Shown: one piece after another, positions 25,585 to 38,704 of the stretch
How the letters are laid out: every line of letters starts with the position of its first letter
How positions within the stretch are numbered: the first letter of the stretch is position 1
Assembly: GCF_018350175.1 (NCBI RefSeq)
Contig: NC_058386.1
Coordinates: 5,022,001-5,086,000, forward strand
Direction: 5' to 3'
From: Felis catus
Taxonomy: Eukaryota
DNA: 64,000 nt
Notes under the pieces: model-generated
The model's database searches: none
Told to the model about the DNA's origin: nothing
What the model saw: the letters and a program-made list of their open reading frames with translations, nothing else
Position numbers and translations under genes: made by a program

Positions 25585-25779
25585 TTTTTTTTTTCAGTTT
25601 ATTTATTTATGTTGAAACAGAGAGAGAGAGCAGGGGAAGAGCAGAGAGAGAATCCCAAGCAGGCTCCGCGCCGTCAGCATGGAGCATGATGCAAGGCTCA
25701 AAGCCACAAACCATGAGATTGTGACCTGAGCCAATACCGAGAAATGGTCGCCCAAATGACTGAGCCACCGGGGCACCCC
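25585..25779 (-). mobile_element. CAN-SINE (Fc3-like)
   Basis: full element; TSD tggccatta / tgcccatta. Confidence 0.9.
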
Positions 25780-27288
25780 TGCCCATTAACTGGAGGAGGA
25801 ACTATGGGCTCCAGATATGAGGCTCATCCTTATTCCTGTGGTTGTCATGGTCCGCCTAATTGAAACGTACTTCCTTTCTCCTTACTTTCAGCGGGTGATG
25901 TGTTGACCCCTATTTGTGGCATTCTCTGGGTAACTCAGGTGGCTGTGGAGGGCCAGGAAGACTTTCCTTTCCTATACCAGGCTGTGAATGAGTTGGAGAC
26001 TGTGGGGACCCTCTCCCACTTCTCTTGCTGGTGTCTCCTGTGCTTCTGTAGGCATGAGAAGGTCCAAGATCCATTCAGACTTGCAGGTGGCCTGAGTGGC
26101 CCCTTGGGGCTCCAGCACAGAATGGAGACTATGCAGAAGAATCTGTAAGAGAAGTCAATCTGCTGCCCTTTTATCTAGGCTCTAAGGATTTTATTGTCTT
26201 CTTTCTAATTCAGTGGCTACTGGCTTTTGCGTGGAAGCACAGAAAATAAACCCCCAGAATCCACCATGTAGTTTCTCCCCCTGGAGACCACAGAAAAGGC
26301 CAAGTTCTAGGACGAACTCTTCATATTTTTCCAGCATGCTCCCCAGGCATGGAGGTTACTCTAGGGGCAGAGATGAGAAAGACAGTGGTCAGTGCCTTCT
26401 TAACCTAAACCTAGGCAACTACTATGCAGTGGCTACATGGAATAAATCATAATCCAGGAAATTAACACAGCATATCCAGTATTTCTGGATCTATCACATG
26501 CTAGTAATTTTCACCACATGAACACTCCTGTTCCTCACACAACAGTTTGGAGATGCTTAGTATGGATTCATATAAATATGAACACTGGATCACATGACAC
26601 AGGATTTTCTACGTTTTTATGATTCCAAATAGGTTTCTTAAAGAGTTGTACTGATTTACAGGACCTGAAACATTGTCCAGTTCCTGTGGCCTTTAATCTC
26701 ACCCATTAGAGCAGATGATTCTTTATAAGCCTCGATTTAAAAAGAGAGAGAGGGGGAAAAAAAGAAGAATTACACCTGGGGCCTTTTCCTCTCTTACTTT
26801 ATAAAATCCCCTATAGTTCCTCATAAAGTTTGATGGATCCTTATGATAAAAAAGTTTAAAGTACAGAAAATGCATGAGAAACTCTCTTCAGCCAAAGACT
26901 TTCCTTTTTATCCCTCATTTGCCTCTCGATCTTTAAAGACTTTGCCTCCCATGGGCTTCTCCAGGTTCTGTTATCTCCTGGAAATTTCTAGACTCCTTAG
27001 GGTACAGTAATTCCTCCCACTACAGAATCAACAGGTCATTGATTCCGGGAAGAGGCATCTTCCCCAGTACCTTTTAGAACTGTGCAATTGCTGTAAGTCT
27101 TGAGGCTTTAGTTTTGTCAATTTTTGTTAATTTTGTGCACAATTTCATAATGAATTAGAAGAGCTATATTTTTCTATAGGAGGTTTTCAGCAACAGCTGA
27201 GTCTATATAGCTAAAAGTGCTTACATACAACCTTAAGAAATGGAATGTGGCCTCTGGGTGGCTCAGTTGGTTAGGCATCTGATTCTTT

Positions 27289-27507
27289 TTTTAGTTTTTT
27301 TAATGTTTATTTTTGAGAGAGAGAGAAAGAGAGAGGCAGAGAGATAGAGCCCAAGCAGGGGAGGGGGAGGGAGAGAAGGGGACACAGAATTTGAAGCACG
27401 CTCCAGGCTCTGAGCTCTGAGCACAGAGCCCGACGCAGGGCTTGAACCCGAGATCATGACCTGAGCCAAAGTTGGAGGCTTAACCGACTGAGCCACCCAG
27501 GTGCCTC
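27289..27507 (-). mobile_element. CAN-SINE (Fc2-like) nested antisense in the older SINE
   Basis: TSD gcatctgattcttt at 27275 and 27512. Confidence 0.93.
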
Positions 27508-27599
27508 TTGAGCATCTGATTCTTTATTTCTGCTCAGGTCATGAACTCATGATTCATGACATAAAGCCCTGAGTAGGACAATACAGAGTTTGCTTGGGA

Positions 27600-27602
<3 letters not shown>

Positions 27603-27648
<46 letters not shown>

Positions 27649-27665
27649 CGCACGCGTGTGTGTGC
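27603..27665. repeat. (TG)n(CG)n alternating purine-pyrimidine tract
   Basis: directly visible. Confidence 0.97.
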
Positions 27666-28837
27666 CGTTTCCATACCTGTGTACTTTCTCTGTTTGAAAA
27701 TAAAAAAATAAACTTAAAGAAAAGAAATGGAATGAATTTCTGATGATGCATTTGAGTGCTCTAATCATATTCATGGCGTTGAACAGGAAAACCTCATCTG
27801 GTGATCCATACTAACTGTTGAAAATGTGTTCCCTTTGGAAACATTTAGCCATCTCTGTTTCTGTTTTAAATTTGTTTGTAGTTATTTTAGTCCCCAGGCC
27901 ACTGAGTTTCAGTGTAGATCTTTTTTCTGAGCGTCCTCAAAACACAAAGCAGCATGCCCTTTCCACGTCTTACTGTTGATCCGGTATATGTAAGATTCCT
28001 CTGTCAGAGACCCAAACTTCTGTGCTATCATGTTCTTCTGCCTGTGTCATTTCCTCTCTCGGTCACTTTTCTTGAACGCTTGTATGCCATGCATGTTTCA
28101 CAGTGGCAAAACTCACCCTAACTGGTACAACAGAAACCAGATGGAGATGGAGAGATCGACACAATTAAAGGTTTGCAAAATGGTCCTCTTGGCTATCTGG
28201 CTTCCCTCTCTGTTAAAACAACAACGTACGGGTCTGGCATGGCTGCTCCAAGAAATCCTAGTGCTCTTTGCCCTGCCCCTATAGGATTCCTATGGGTCTG
28301 GAATACAAATATTTGTGAACGTGCCCTGTCACATTTCCCTACAGTTTTCATCACCCAAAAACCTCACTAGGAGATGTCGATCTTACTTGCAGAGCCCCAG
28401 ATTGTTTCCCAATAATTCCCATCTTCTGAGCCAATTCTCCAAACTAGCATAAAAAGCATATTTAGGGTATTTTTAATCCTAAAGCAAGCTAAATAGACCC
28501 GTGTGGCACGACTCCGCAGCGTTAGTAAAATGATTAGTGCACCTCGATTGGGTAGGTATGCATCGGGAGACTTTCAGAAGCATGCATTTTATTATCTGTT
28601 GCTTATACTCTAAGGGAAAGGGTAAGTAAACATTCTGCCTGAAGTGCTGTTTGCATTCTTGCCTGACAAATCCCAAGACACAGATTTGATATATACCCTC
28701 ATTGAGCATAGCAGTTTCTTTCTGTTTCACAAATATTGGCAGGAAGTGAGCCTCTTTGTCTTGTCAGTCCCCCAACTGCAAGGAGGTGTTTGGAGAGGCT
28801 GAAGTCCCCAAGTTTGGTTCCAACTAGTGTTCGTGTA

Positions 28838-29067
28838 CCACAGTTTCTCAACCTGACACTGTTCATGCAGGGGCTGAATGATTCTTTGTTGGGATAGGGA
28901 GGGGGTTGTCTTGTGCATTATAATGTGTTGACCAGCATCCAAGACTTCTCACTGGATGCCATTGGCTCCTTAGCACCCGCTCCCACTTGCGATAAACCAA
29001 AAGCTCCTCTGACTTTGCTAGTTGCCCACCAGGATGAATGGGAATAGAGTAAAATCATCCCTGATTT
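28838..29067 (-). mobile_element. MER20 (hAT-Charlie)
   Basis: gtttctcaacctgacactgtt...attctttgttggg...tgtcttgtgcattataatg...cagcatcc...ctggatgcca. Confidence 0.8.
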
Positions 29068-29087
29068 TCTTCTTCCCTGTCCAGAAC

Positions 29088-29250
29088 TTTAGTATCCAAT
29101 ATGGTAGCCACTAACCATTGGAAGCCATTGAAATTAGTTACAATGAATTACAATTAAAATTCAGTCCCCTAACCTCATGAAACCACTGGTTACCATATAT
29201 TATAGAATATTTCCTTCAATACAGCAACTAATATTGGACTAATATTGCTG
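29088..29250. mobile_element. MER3/MER33-like hAT remnant
   Basis: tccaatatggtagccactaacca...aaaattcagtccc...agaatatttccttca...tattggac. Confidence 0.65.
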
Positions 29251-29996
29251 TTCTAGGGCAAATATTCTTGGTGGGAGATCTCACATCCAAGGCAAAAACA
29301 AACTTATTTATTCTTGTATTTATGGCTTTCAAATAATTTAAGGTAACTGAAAATATGGTCATCATTGAAAAGCAAAGAAGCCAGCGAAATTTTTCAGACA
29401 AAAGTTGACGAGATATTAGAAACACTTCAAACTGTATGGTTACTAAATGAAGGGACCCTATTTGAAAACGTTAGACGTATTTTGTACTATAATACTGATT
29501 CAGTATTTTAACATTTTTATTCAACAAGAAGGGAATGTTGTGAATGAAATAGTGTTTTGATGATGAATTAATTAATGCATTCAATTTAAACAAAAAAAGA
29601 AAGAACCACGCTCTTTCAATAAATAGGTTATTGTAGTATGTTGCCCACCTGATGCCTGATGCCCTTGGTGGGTTTGGGGAGCCTGTTAGCTATGAGGTTT
29701 TAGGGAAGACTGAGCTCTGCTATTTGCTTTCAAAGCAACAAGATCCTGGCTCTCCCTGACCTGATCAATGAGAGACCCATGACCTATTATCAGCCATTTG
29801 GATGTTCCCACCCAGGACTTTATATCTGGGTCGGTTGACACACCGTGTCAGGCCGTTTACTTTTTTGGTCACCTACATCAGTTCTTTTAATAAATCTCCT
29901 AGCGTCTTATATTCCCCAATATCGATACCTATATTTTATGTCTAAGATTCTTGTCTAAGGGTTTTCCATAAGATGCATCTCTGGTAAGAGTTTTGC

Positions 29997-30128
29997 TTTT
30001 TTTTTTTTTTTTAATTTTACAAATTTCATTTTTCTTTGTAAGTAAACTCTTCTCAACGTGGGGCTCTAACTCATGACCCCCAAGATCAAGAGTCTCCTGC
30101 TCTACAGACTGAGGCAGCCAGGTGCCCT
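29997..30128 (-). mobile_element. short old CAN-SINE (SINEC_b/c type)
   Basis: caacgtggggctctaactcatgacccccaagatcaagagtc...gactgaggcagccaggtgccct. Confidence 0.88.
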
Positions 30129-30134
30129 ACTGGT

Positions 30135-30430
30135 CGAGGTTTAGAACACTTTTCCTGTAGAGCACCATGCTTTCTGGAATTCTGCCTGGAAGTCATTGCC
30201 AACACAGCCTCTCTGAATTTTGTCTGTGTCTTCTCAACTCAGCTAGATTGCCTTCCTCTGCTTTTACAGCCTCGAATGTTCGTCTGGGTATAATTGGGGC
30301 AAGTTTCAGACTCACCATATTGTTTCCTTTTATCATGGATCACATTTCTATCCTGGCCACTGTGTAATATCCAAAAGCAACTGCTGCATATATTTTTTCC
30401 AGTTTTCTCGTTGTTCTTTGTTGATTTCTT
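30135..30430 (-). mobile_element. ancient L1M 5'-region remnant
   Basis: ctcaactcag...ctcaccatattgtttccttt...ggatcaca...catatattttttccagttttctcgttg. Confidence 0.5.
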
Positions 30431-32616
30431 TTTGATCTAATGGATAAATCACGCCAATCCTCATATATATTGTGATGTAGATATATAATCAATATCAGTA
30501 TTGATATTTCTGAGTGCTGTCTCATTGTTTCTTATTTTATTGAAAGTAGCCACACCAATTACTCCATAACTCTTCACTCTGTTCATTTTCTTTTTAAAGA
30601 ATTTCACAATCTATAAAAACATCTTCCTTACTTATGGGTGCCCTTGTTTATTGGATTCCTTCTCCTTAAGGCACTTTATTTGCCCAGAGACTGTGCCCTA
30701 AACAATGTGGTAATTATCTTGGTGAAATAACTGTATCTCACTAATTTCTGGACTAATCATTTCACAATTAAATTTGCAAATTTTACCCCATCTTTTTTAG
30801 AATACCAGCTCTTTAGGGATTTTTCTAGCTCTAATTTTGACAAGAGGATAATTTCATATTGTTTCAATGCAAATAACAAAATACAGAAAGTTCACTGAAT
30901 AAGGTTTATGCCTCAGAAAATATTTCTCAGATTATTGTCAGTGTAAGGATCTCACAGGTAGCCAGTGGACTATCCACAATGCTCTAGATGGGTTTTCATG
31001 GATGCATAGTACCATACGGCAATCTTACACAGCTCACAAAGGTCACTTTTCACCATTTTATGTCTTCTGTAACATCACCAGCTGATCTTCTGTGTCATGG
31101 AAGAGATAAAGACACAGACATTCGTAACATACTACCCATAAAAGTCAATTAAAGTTTATATGTCTGAAATTGTTGGCTTGCTGAATTTTTAGGCTTTACA
31201 GTCGGGGTGTTATCATTACTTTTCATCTACTCTCTTTGCTTGTTCCCTGGAATATAGTGATATTTACGTTGTCCTGAGACTCATCGAGACACTTCATTTC
31301 CCAGCATGGCATCGTAGAGCAGGGACTGGGCCCTTTTACTTCTTTCTGATCACAATTCTTGACATTTGTTCTTACTCTTACTCAGTGGCCACAGTCCAAC
31401 ATCGTAAAGTAGTGCGTTATTCCGAGGGAATAGACAGAGTGGGCTGTTCATCAAGGTTTGATCCCAGACATAACTGAAGTATATCCTTAAGTGACTTTTA
31501 AAACCTACTTGAAGTTCTGGGCCACAAAACATATTTATTTTTGATGCAGTTCAAAATAAGAAAGCCTATAGAAAATGAAAAGATTACCACAGCTGTTTTT
31601 CAAATCCTAATACTTTAGATTATCCTATAAATTTTGGATTCAAGAAAAAACTGGGAAATAGGTTACGAAAATAAGTCTCACGTCTTGCATTGCCTTTGGA
31701 AATACCTGCCTAAGAAAATATTATGGAGGTAATTGTTAGAGCTTTTGCATGGGCATGCTGCTGTTTTAGATATATTCCTCTTTTAAAATGCATGTCAGTC
31801 TTTCTGAAAACAGATACGGCACAGTGGAAAGACAGGTGCTTCTAAAGCTTGCGGCTTTACAGTTTGGGCACAGGATGGTGGCAGCTAAATTTCATTTTGG
31901 CTGGTTAGACTGAAGGGGAGGAAGAGCCCTCTCTCTGCTCCTCCTGGCGATCACACTAAGTTTCAGCATGGAGGTGGCAAAGGGTTGCTCTTTCAGGATT
32001 AATGGGAAGACTACAAGTCTTGAGGACAAGAACGGATAACAAAGGAAGGGAGCCAAGTCTCAGACACCTTTGAGTAGGAGATCTTGTGGACCCGATAACC
32101 CAAGCTTATAGGCTCCAATGGAGACCGATGGCCAACCTTTCCCAGAACTCCCCTGTGCATTGACAGTAACCCCTTTGGTCTGCTCCCTTCCCAAACCTGA
32201 GAAGCAACTGCTTTTTTGCATTGCCAAGGTTGACTCTGATCCACGTTAGCATCTTCACCCCCTCTGGGTATGTCTTGATATCAGAACTGACACCATGTTT
32301 GACGGGTCCCATCACTCCTTTTGTTTGAGAGGATGGAGAATATAGTTCTAAGACTGTGAAAATTGTGTGAATGAAATGGTTTCCTAACTCCATAGCTGGC
32401 AATAATTAGAGTCACTCACTGCATTTCCGGCCATCAGAGTTTGCTATATTTCCCATAATTATGTTTGTTGTTTGAAGTATCAGGGGTTCATAAAAATAAA
32501 GTTTATGGTTAGACACTGGGATCAGAAGGAAAGAGAGCTAAAACGGGGTAATCTGTGAAGATCTTTCTTAAGGATTGACAAGTACTGGAGTGGGGCTAGC
32601 GAGATAGACATTAGAG

Positions 32617-32822
32617 CAGTATTTCTCAGCTGGAGACAATTTTGTCTCTAGGAGACATCTGCCAATGTAGGGAGACATTAGTGGTCTTGATACTGGAGAA
32701 GGGTATTAGTGGCATCTGGTAGATAGTGTCCATGGATGGAGCTAAACCTTCACACAACGCACAGGACAGCCCGACCACAACAATTATCCAATTGCCAAAA
32801 TGCCACGTTTTGGGAAACCCTG
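32617..32822 (+). mobile_element. MER20 (hAT-Charlie)
   Basis: cagtatttctcagctggagacaattttg...gacatctgccaatgt...ggcatctggtag...gcacaggacagcc...gaaaccctg. Confidence 0.85.
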
Positions 32823-33142
32823 ACTTGGGCAGTTCACTGGGAAGAAAACGAAACTGTAAATTACGTTTCGTTCCTTCTAGTAGATCAGTACTTTCTAACT
32901 GCATACATTTGCAAAGGTGTGGAGCTCACAAACATGTCCTTCTAGGAAATCATGGCTTATAATTGTAGGTGCCAACTTTAGCAAAACTAGGACAGCAAAG
33001 GTGCATTTATTTAAGTATTCTTAATATTTAATCCAGATGCTTCCTACACTCACTTCTCACTTCCTATCATTTATTAACTTAAGTGACTCTTGCAATCTGT
33101 AATTTGTTCTAATCTTTCTTTCCTTTTCTTAAAAGCATTTAA

Positions 33143-33350
33143 TTTTTTTAAGGTTTATTTATTTTTGAAAATGAGAGACAGAGTGCGAGTGGGAGAGGAG
33201 CAGAGAGAGAGGAAGACACAGAATTGGAAGCAGGCTCCAAGCTCTGAGCTGTCAGCACAGAGCCTGACGCAGGGCTCGAACTCAGGAGCTGTGAGATCAT
33301 GACCTGAGCCAAAGTCGGGTGCTTAACCTACTGAGCCACCCAGGCAACCC
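33143..33350 (-). mobile_element. CAN-SINE (SINEC_Fc2-like)
   Basis: full element. Confidence 0.95.
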
Positions 33351-33410
33351 TATTCCAAGCTTTCTTGAAAGGCCTTTCAACTAAGAAAAGCATATGTATA
33401 CACATGTATA

Positions 33411-33462
33411 TTTTAAGTTTATTTATTTATTTTGAGAGAGAGAGAGAGCGTATGTGCACGAA
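33411..33462 (-). mobile_element. severely 5'-truncated CAN-SINE (tail only)
   Basis: ttttaagtttatttatttattttgagagagagag flanked by catgtatatttt / tgtgtatatttt. Confidence 0.7.
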
Positions 33463-33542
33463 TCATGTGTATATTTTTAATCCTTGGCACAGTGAGGTAA
33501 AAAAATATCCCATTGATTCCCAGTTACAGGGTGAATATTTCT

Positions 33543-33776
33543 CTTTTTTTAAATTTTGTTTTAAGTTTTTTTTTTAACGTTTATTTATTTTTGAGACAGA
33601 GAGAGACAGAGCATGAATGGAGGAGGGTCAGAGAGAGGTAGACACAGAATCTGAAACAGGCTCCAGGCTCTGAGCTGTCAGCACAGAGCCCGACGCGGGG
33701 CTCGAACTCACGGACTGTGAGATCATGACCTGAGCCGAAGTCAGCCGCTTAACCGACTGAGCCACCCAGGCGCCCC
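33543..33776 (-). mobile_element. young CAN-SINE (SINEC_Fc2-like)
   Basis: perfect 17-bp TSD acagggtgaatatttct at 33526 and 33777. Confidence 0.97.
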
Positions 33777-34244
33777 ACAGGGTGAATATTTCTTATTTCC
33801 ACTTGTTTTCCTCTGAACATGTGTAGCGCATGCCACGTGTTCCTTGGGGCAATCCTGGCTCCTCCCCCACTGTTCTAAATGGCATCCAAGTCTGTCTCTT
33901 CTTGAGAATTCAATGGAAGTTCAAACCTCTTCCTGCCCTGATCTCCCAACTTTTGTTTCTCTATTGGAGGTGATTCACATGTCTTGTTTTGCACCTTGGA
34001 CTGTTACCCTGTTATCCATCGAATTGCTTCTCAAATAGACTTCATGAACGTACCTTCTTCATCTTTGTTTCTGTGACCAGGTTTCTCCCGTGTGTATATC
34101 ATGGAGCTTTGAGAAAAGGAAGCCCAGACGGCAGTTGTTGGCATCTCCCATAGGAACTAGTTCAGCTTCAGAACATAGTGGGAGTGTTTATTAAGGCACA
34201 CTTGTGGGCACTTGAGGATACTCTTTGGCCAAAGTTTTACTCTA

Positions 34245-34430
34245 TGATATATATTATATGGCATAGGTGTAAATATATATGTAGATCATGTATGTACACC
34301 ACATGTGTAGGATATATTCATATGTATAAGATATATGTATGCCCTGTATCTTTATATATACACCTATTACGTGTGTATATACTATATATACATGTACCTA
34401 TGATATAAGTATATGTAATAGACATATGGC
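34245..34430. repeat. degenerate (TA/TATG)-rich low-complexity tract
   Basis: directly visible. Confidence 0.75.
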
Positions 34431-35319
34431 ATCCATAAAGCTGTCTGTGGTGTATGATATATGGGCATTTCTGATACATAGGTATTTGAAAACAGGAACC
34501 TCAATACAGCTCATGCGAGGAGGAATCCTCAAACCTGTAAGCTCTCAGAAAGAGCGGAGTGGGTACTTTTCATTCCCTTGACTTGTTTTAAGGGACCCGT
34601 GAAGTTTTACCAACCCTTCTCTTTTCACGTCTGCTTCACTTTTCTGTGTGGATGTCTCTGCTTTTTCTTTCTTATAGTCCACACATGTCTGCCCAGATTC
34701 TACCCTTGTCATGGTCCCTCTGACCAAGTCAGTGTCCTCCTAGGTGACGTGCTGGTGTCCATCTCTGTTGGCTTGGCATTGGTGGCTGAAGGAGCAGGAA
34801 CTAATGCAGGCTGATGGCGTGGCAAAGCAGTGTATTGAAAACACACTGCAAGGCTTACATCATTGCCAGGAATACTGGAGAAATATGCTTAGAATGCAGG
34901 TAGGAATAACGGGAATCCTTGGGAGATAGGTCATGCAGACAGGAGCACCGATAAAGGCTGATGTGGACAGCACTGTCTTCAGCACAGGGCATGGATGATG
35001 TAGCTCTACCTGCATCCAAGAAGTATGGACACATGGTCCATTGGCCCCCTGGAAACTGAATGTTGTGGCCACCACTTTCATGGCTAGCAGGAATGTTCTG
35101 ACATTCCTAATACTGGGTCACCGTTGACAAACTCAACATCCTCATGGTATGCATCTGGTCACATAGTCAATCAAATGCTGTCTGTCTGAGAGGCGGAGAA
35201 AATAAACACATGGGCTTTTGTTTTCTGCAGGGAGAGGTGGATTCTGATACCATAATAGCAAGCATGATAAGGGTGTCCCAGTACAAGGAAAGGGTTTTTG
35301 TGCTAAGGAATTCCATTTG

Positions 35320-35477
35320 GCCCACTCAGATAAGTCAGGGTAATATCACTGTCTCCAGGCCATTTGGTTACTACCCTTAATTCCATGTGCAATTTTAATT
35401 TCCCTCTGCCACATAATGTAACCTATTCACCAGTTCCGCGACTGGGAATTTTGAGGGCTATTATTCTGCCAGCGACA
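35320..35477 (-). mobile_element. MLT1D/E-like MaLR LTR fragment
   Basis: cccactcagataa...ttaattccatgtgcaa...tgccacataatgtaacctattcac...gggctattattctgccagcgaca. Confidence 0.7.
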
Positions 35478-35744
35478 GTAACTTATATTATCAATGGTAT
35501 TTTGGCCATATAAAAGAATATTTTGTATAAAGAGACCTAGATTTGGAGTAAGAATGGTCTCACAAGTTGACTCTGGTATTAGGCATGATCCAGGTCAACA
35601 GATAACCTTCTCAGTTAAATTTTCAGGTATGAGGAGCTTGGCACCTACTCCAATGTTGTTTTCCCGATCTTTTAAGCTTGGTCTCGTCTGCAAAAGGAAG
35701 GAAAATCCTATGTGGAGTTTCTGCGTGATGTAGAAACCAGATCA

Positions 35745-35925
35745 ATCTTGCTTTGAATCATGACTGTCCCTCTTTCTAGTTAAAGTCACTAAGTTCCTTG
35801 GCTTGTCTTTCTCCATTTTCTCATCTCAATAATGGGTACAACTTCCTAGGACAATTGTGAGAATTAAGTGAGGCAATTAAAATGGAGATGCTAAGTGCCA
35901 CGCCTGGTTCACAATGAATATAACA
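35745..35925 (+). mobile_element. MIR remnant
   Basis: ttttctcatctcaataatggg...ttgtgagaattaagtgag...gcctggttcaca. Confidence 0.55.
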
Positions 35926-35952
35926 CCAGAAAATATCTAAGTGTCTTTAGAC

Positions 35953-36177
35953 CACGATTTCTGCAACATTGCACTTCAGATATTTGAGCCCAGGTAATTA
36001 TGTTTGTTGGGAGTAGAGAGGGCTTCCCAGTGCATTGTGGGATGTTTGGCAACATCCCTGAGGTCTTCACGTTAGCCCAGTTGCCTCTTTCCCTTCAGCT
36101 ATGAGATCAGCTGATCTCTAGATGCTGCCAAATGTCATCTGTGGGGGAGATCGCCCCTCCACTTCTGAGAATCCTTT
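35953..36177 (-). mobile_element. MER20 (hAT-Charlie)
   Basis: gtgcattgtgggatgtttggcaacatccctg...tgccaaatgtc...ctgagaatcc. Confidence 0.75.
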
Positions 36178-38569
36178 CTCCAGACAAATGACCTAATGGA
36201 TATCCATATGTTCTTTACAGTATCTAATTGTAATTATACATGTGACTCGTGGAAAACCATAAGCAGTCATATATTTACATGCTGTCTTCCAGGTAGATAA
36301 TAAGGAATATGTGCAACCCCATCTCCATCCATAGAGAGAGAAGAGAAAATGTCATTTTTTTTTTTAATTTGTTGCCGGCACAGATAAATATCTAATTTAT
36401 TGAAGACCAAAGAGTCCATGCTTAACATCCCATTTCGTGTGGGATATTATTCCTTTTTTTTTTACTTATCTACATTCGTTTTGAGGCAATTACCACAACA
36501 CACTTATCAGTTTAACTTAATCAACTGTGTACATTTCTATTTTGTCAGAACGCAAATCCAAAATAACAAGTGAATGGGGAAAGTTTATCTTTTTCACTAA
36601 AACCTATTACTTGTAGTCTTAGGAAGAAGCCTCAAGCTGTGTCTGTCTAAATGCAAACCATATGAGAAAACTAAAACATGCTCACTATTTTAATTATCAG
36701 CTTCTTGGGGAGCGGGGTGACAATGACCCCAGTTTTCCCTCTTGACCTGAAGGAATATGTAAATTAAGTTCTCTAGCAGGTGAGAAAGGATAAGCATAGG
36801 GAGCGCCTTGATTAAATTTCACAAAAGTATATGGATTATTGATTAGGTTCACAGCAGGAAACAGCCCAGAAATGTCACCCTTCAGTGGACTTAGTAGATG
36901 AGGAAATTTTGCCAACCATGAGGTAGACGTTGAAATCATCCCTTTGTTGAGTGTCCCTTTACACATTGATCATGAAAGTTTTTCCCTGTGACCCAGGGTC
37001 CAATGGATTAAAAGGCTGTGGTAAGAATGTAGATCCCACTGAACTTGATGGCACAATCATCAGAGTTAAGAACTGGCCAGTTGCCTGGATGGTGTCCAGA
37101 TATTGGCTGGGAGGCTGGGACACACCCCACATTAAAAGTTGGATGGTTTTTAACTACAGAAGGTTGGAGAGCTTCCAGAAAATACTAGACCATATTGGGT
37201 TTCCTTAGATGTTTGTTTGATAACCAGACCAGGGTCACAGAGCAATGCGAAATGGATGAAGCTGAATAGGGAGGTTCAAGGTTGTCCAACCGAGAATACA
37301 AAAGGTGACCCAACAGGTGGGTGATGGCACTGAGGGCACTTGGTAAATGACAGCAGAACTTATGAGGGTCTCAAGAACAAAGTCGTAATCCATTCTCTTA
37401 AAGGAATGTGATCAGGTGTCTCCTGGAAGAAGGTCATTCCTAGGAGAAAAGAGTTTGGACCCTGGAAAGGTTACCAACCATAGACATAAGCCCAGGGGGA
37501 TATAAAGGCACCATCTGTGAGAACAAGGACACCATGGGGGTCATCCGGGCTCAGGACCAGACTTGGATCCCAAGATCAGAGCTAGAGCAACATCTGGACT
37601 TCAGGGAAATGCTTGTTTCATCCATAAGACAGTTCTCAGCAAACTTCCAGAATTTTGTCTGTACAGCTGCCTTGGCGTCAAAGTTAAAGTCTGAACAGCA
37701 GGAACTGGACGTGCATGTAGATCTCAACCCAGAGCCTTGAAAAGCAGTCTGCTTAAAACGCAAACCTGCTAATGGTTCTGCGTTTAACAAACGCTCTGAT
37801 GTTACCTTAGATGAAGGAAACGTTGCCTTCCCGCCTAATCTGTATGTGAATCTATTTTCCAAAACAGGCATAGCCTTGGGTAAGTTACTATTTTTCGTAT
37901 CCTCTAAACTCGAGATAAAGCATCCTCCGCATAGGAATGTAAAAATAGAGAAATCTGTCTTGGTTCGGGATTTTTTTTTTGTCAGTTAAATTATTAGTAT
38001 TATTCTCATCTCTCAAATACGAAAGTCAAAGCCTGTAAATAGTCCAGAGTCACCGAACCACAAAATGCATTCCGAAAGGAAATAGCCTTTATTATCTTGC
38101 CAGCAGAAAGTAAAAGTAATTAGTATATGGGTGTTTGTCAGGTTTCATCTATAAGGGGTCTTTAGACCAGCCTCATAATAACAGTGTTGAAAATGAGAAC
38201 TGAAGAGGTTAAGATGATAGTCAACAGAGGACAACAGTGAACAATCCATCAGCTTGGAACAAAGGAAGATAATTGCACGTTGTCCCTCATGGGCTTACAT
38301 GGTAGGCGAACCCTTCATTTTGTCCACTGAAGATGATTTTGTGACCAACAGCCCCAAGTTTCAAACCAGCAGCTGTGGCCTTCAAAGAAGATACATGATC
38401 CAAATCTCCAGCTTCACCTAATGGATAAATCAAAGTGAGGGCTGCCAGGAGCCAATAGGAAGAGTCAGAAGGCAATGTAGAGAGGCAGCTTCCAACCCTG
38501 GTGGGAGGAATTGTACTCACTGGCGTCGTTTCTGAAGGTCAAAGCAGCTTTAACAGAAAGGTGATTTTT

Positions 38570-38704
38570 ATTTTTTATTTATTTTAAATGCTTATCTTTG
38601 AGAGAGAGTGCAAGCTGGGGAGGAGCGAAGAGGGAGGCAGGACAGAGGATCCCAGGCCAGCTCTGTGCTGAAAGCACAGGCTTGTAGGCAAGTAGGGCTT
38701 GATC
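38570..38704 (-). mobile_element. 3' half of an older CAN-SINE
   Basis: T tail, gagagagagtgcaag...gacagaggatcccaggcc...gggcttgatc; no head of its own. Confidence 0.8.

Larger units (their letters stand above)
27248..27721 (+). mobile_element. older CAN-SINE (Fc3-like) split by a nested SINE
   Basis: head 27248-27288, body resumes at 27512; outer TSD aagaaatggaatg at 27235 and 27722. Confidence 0.88.
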
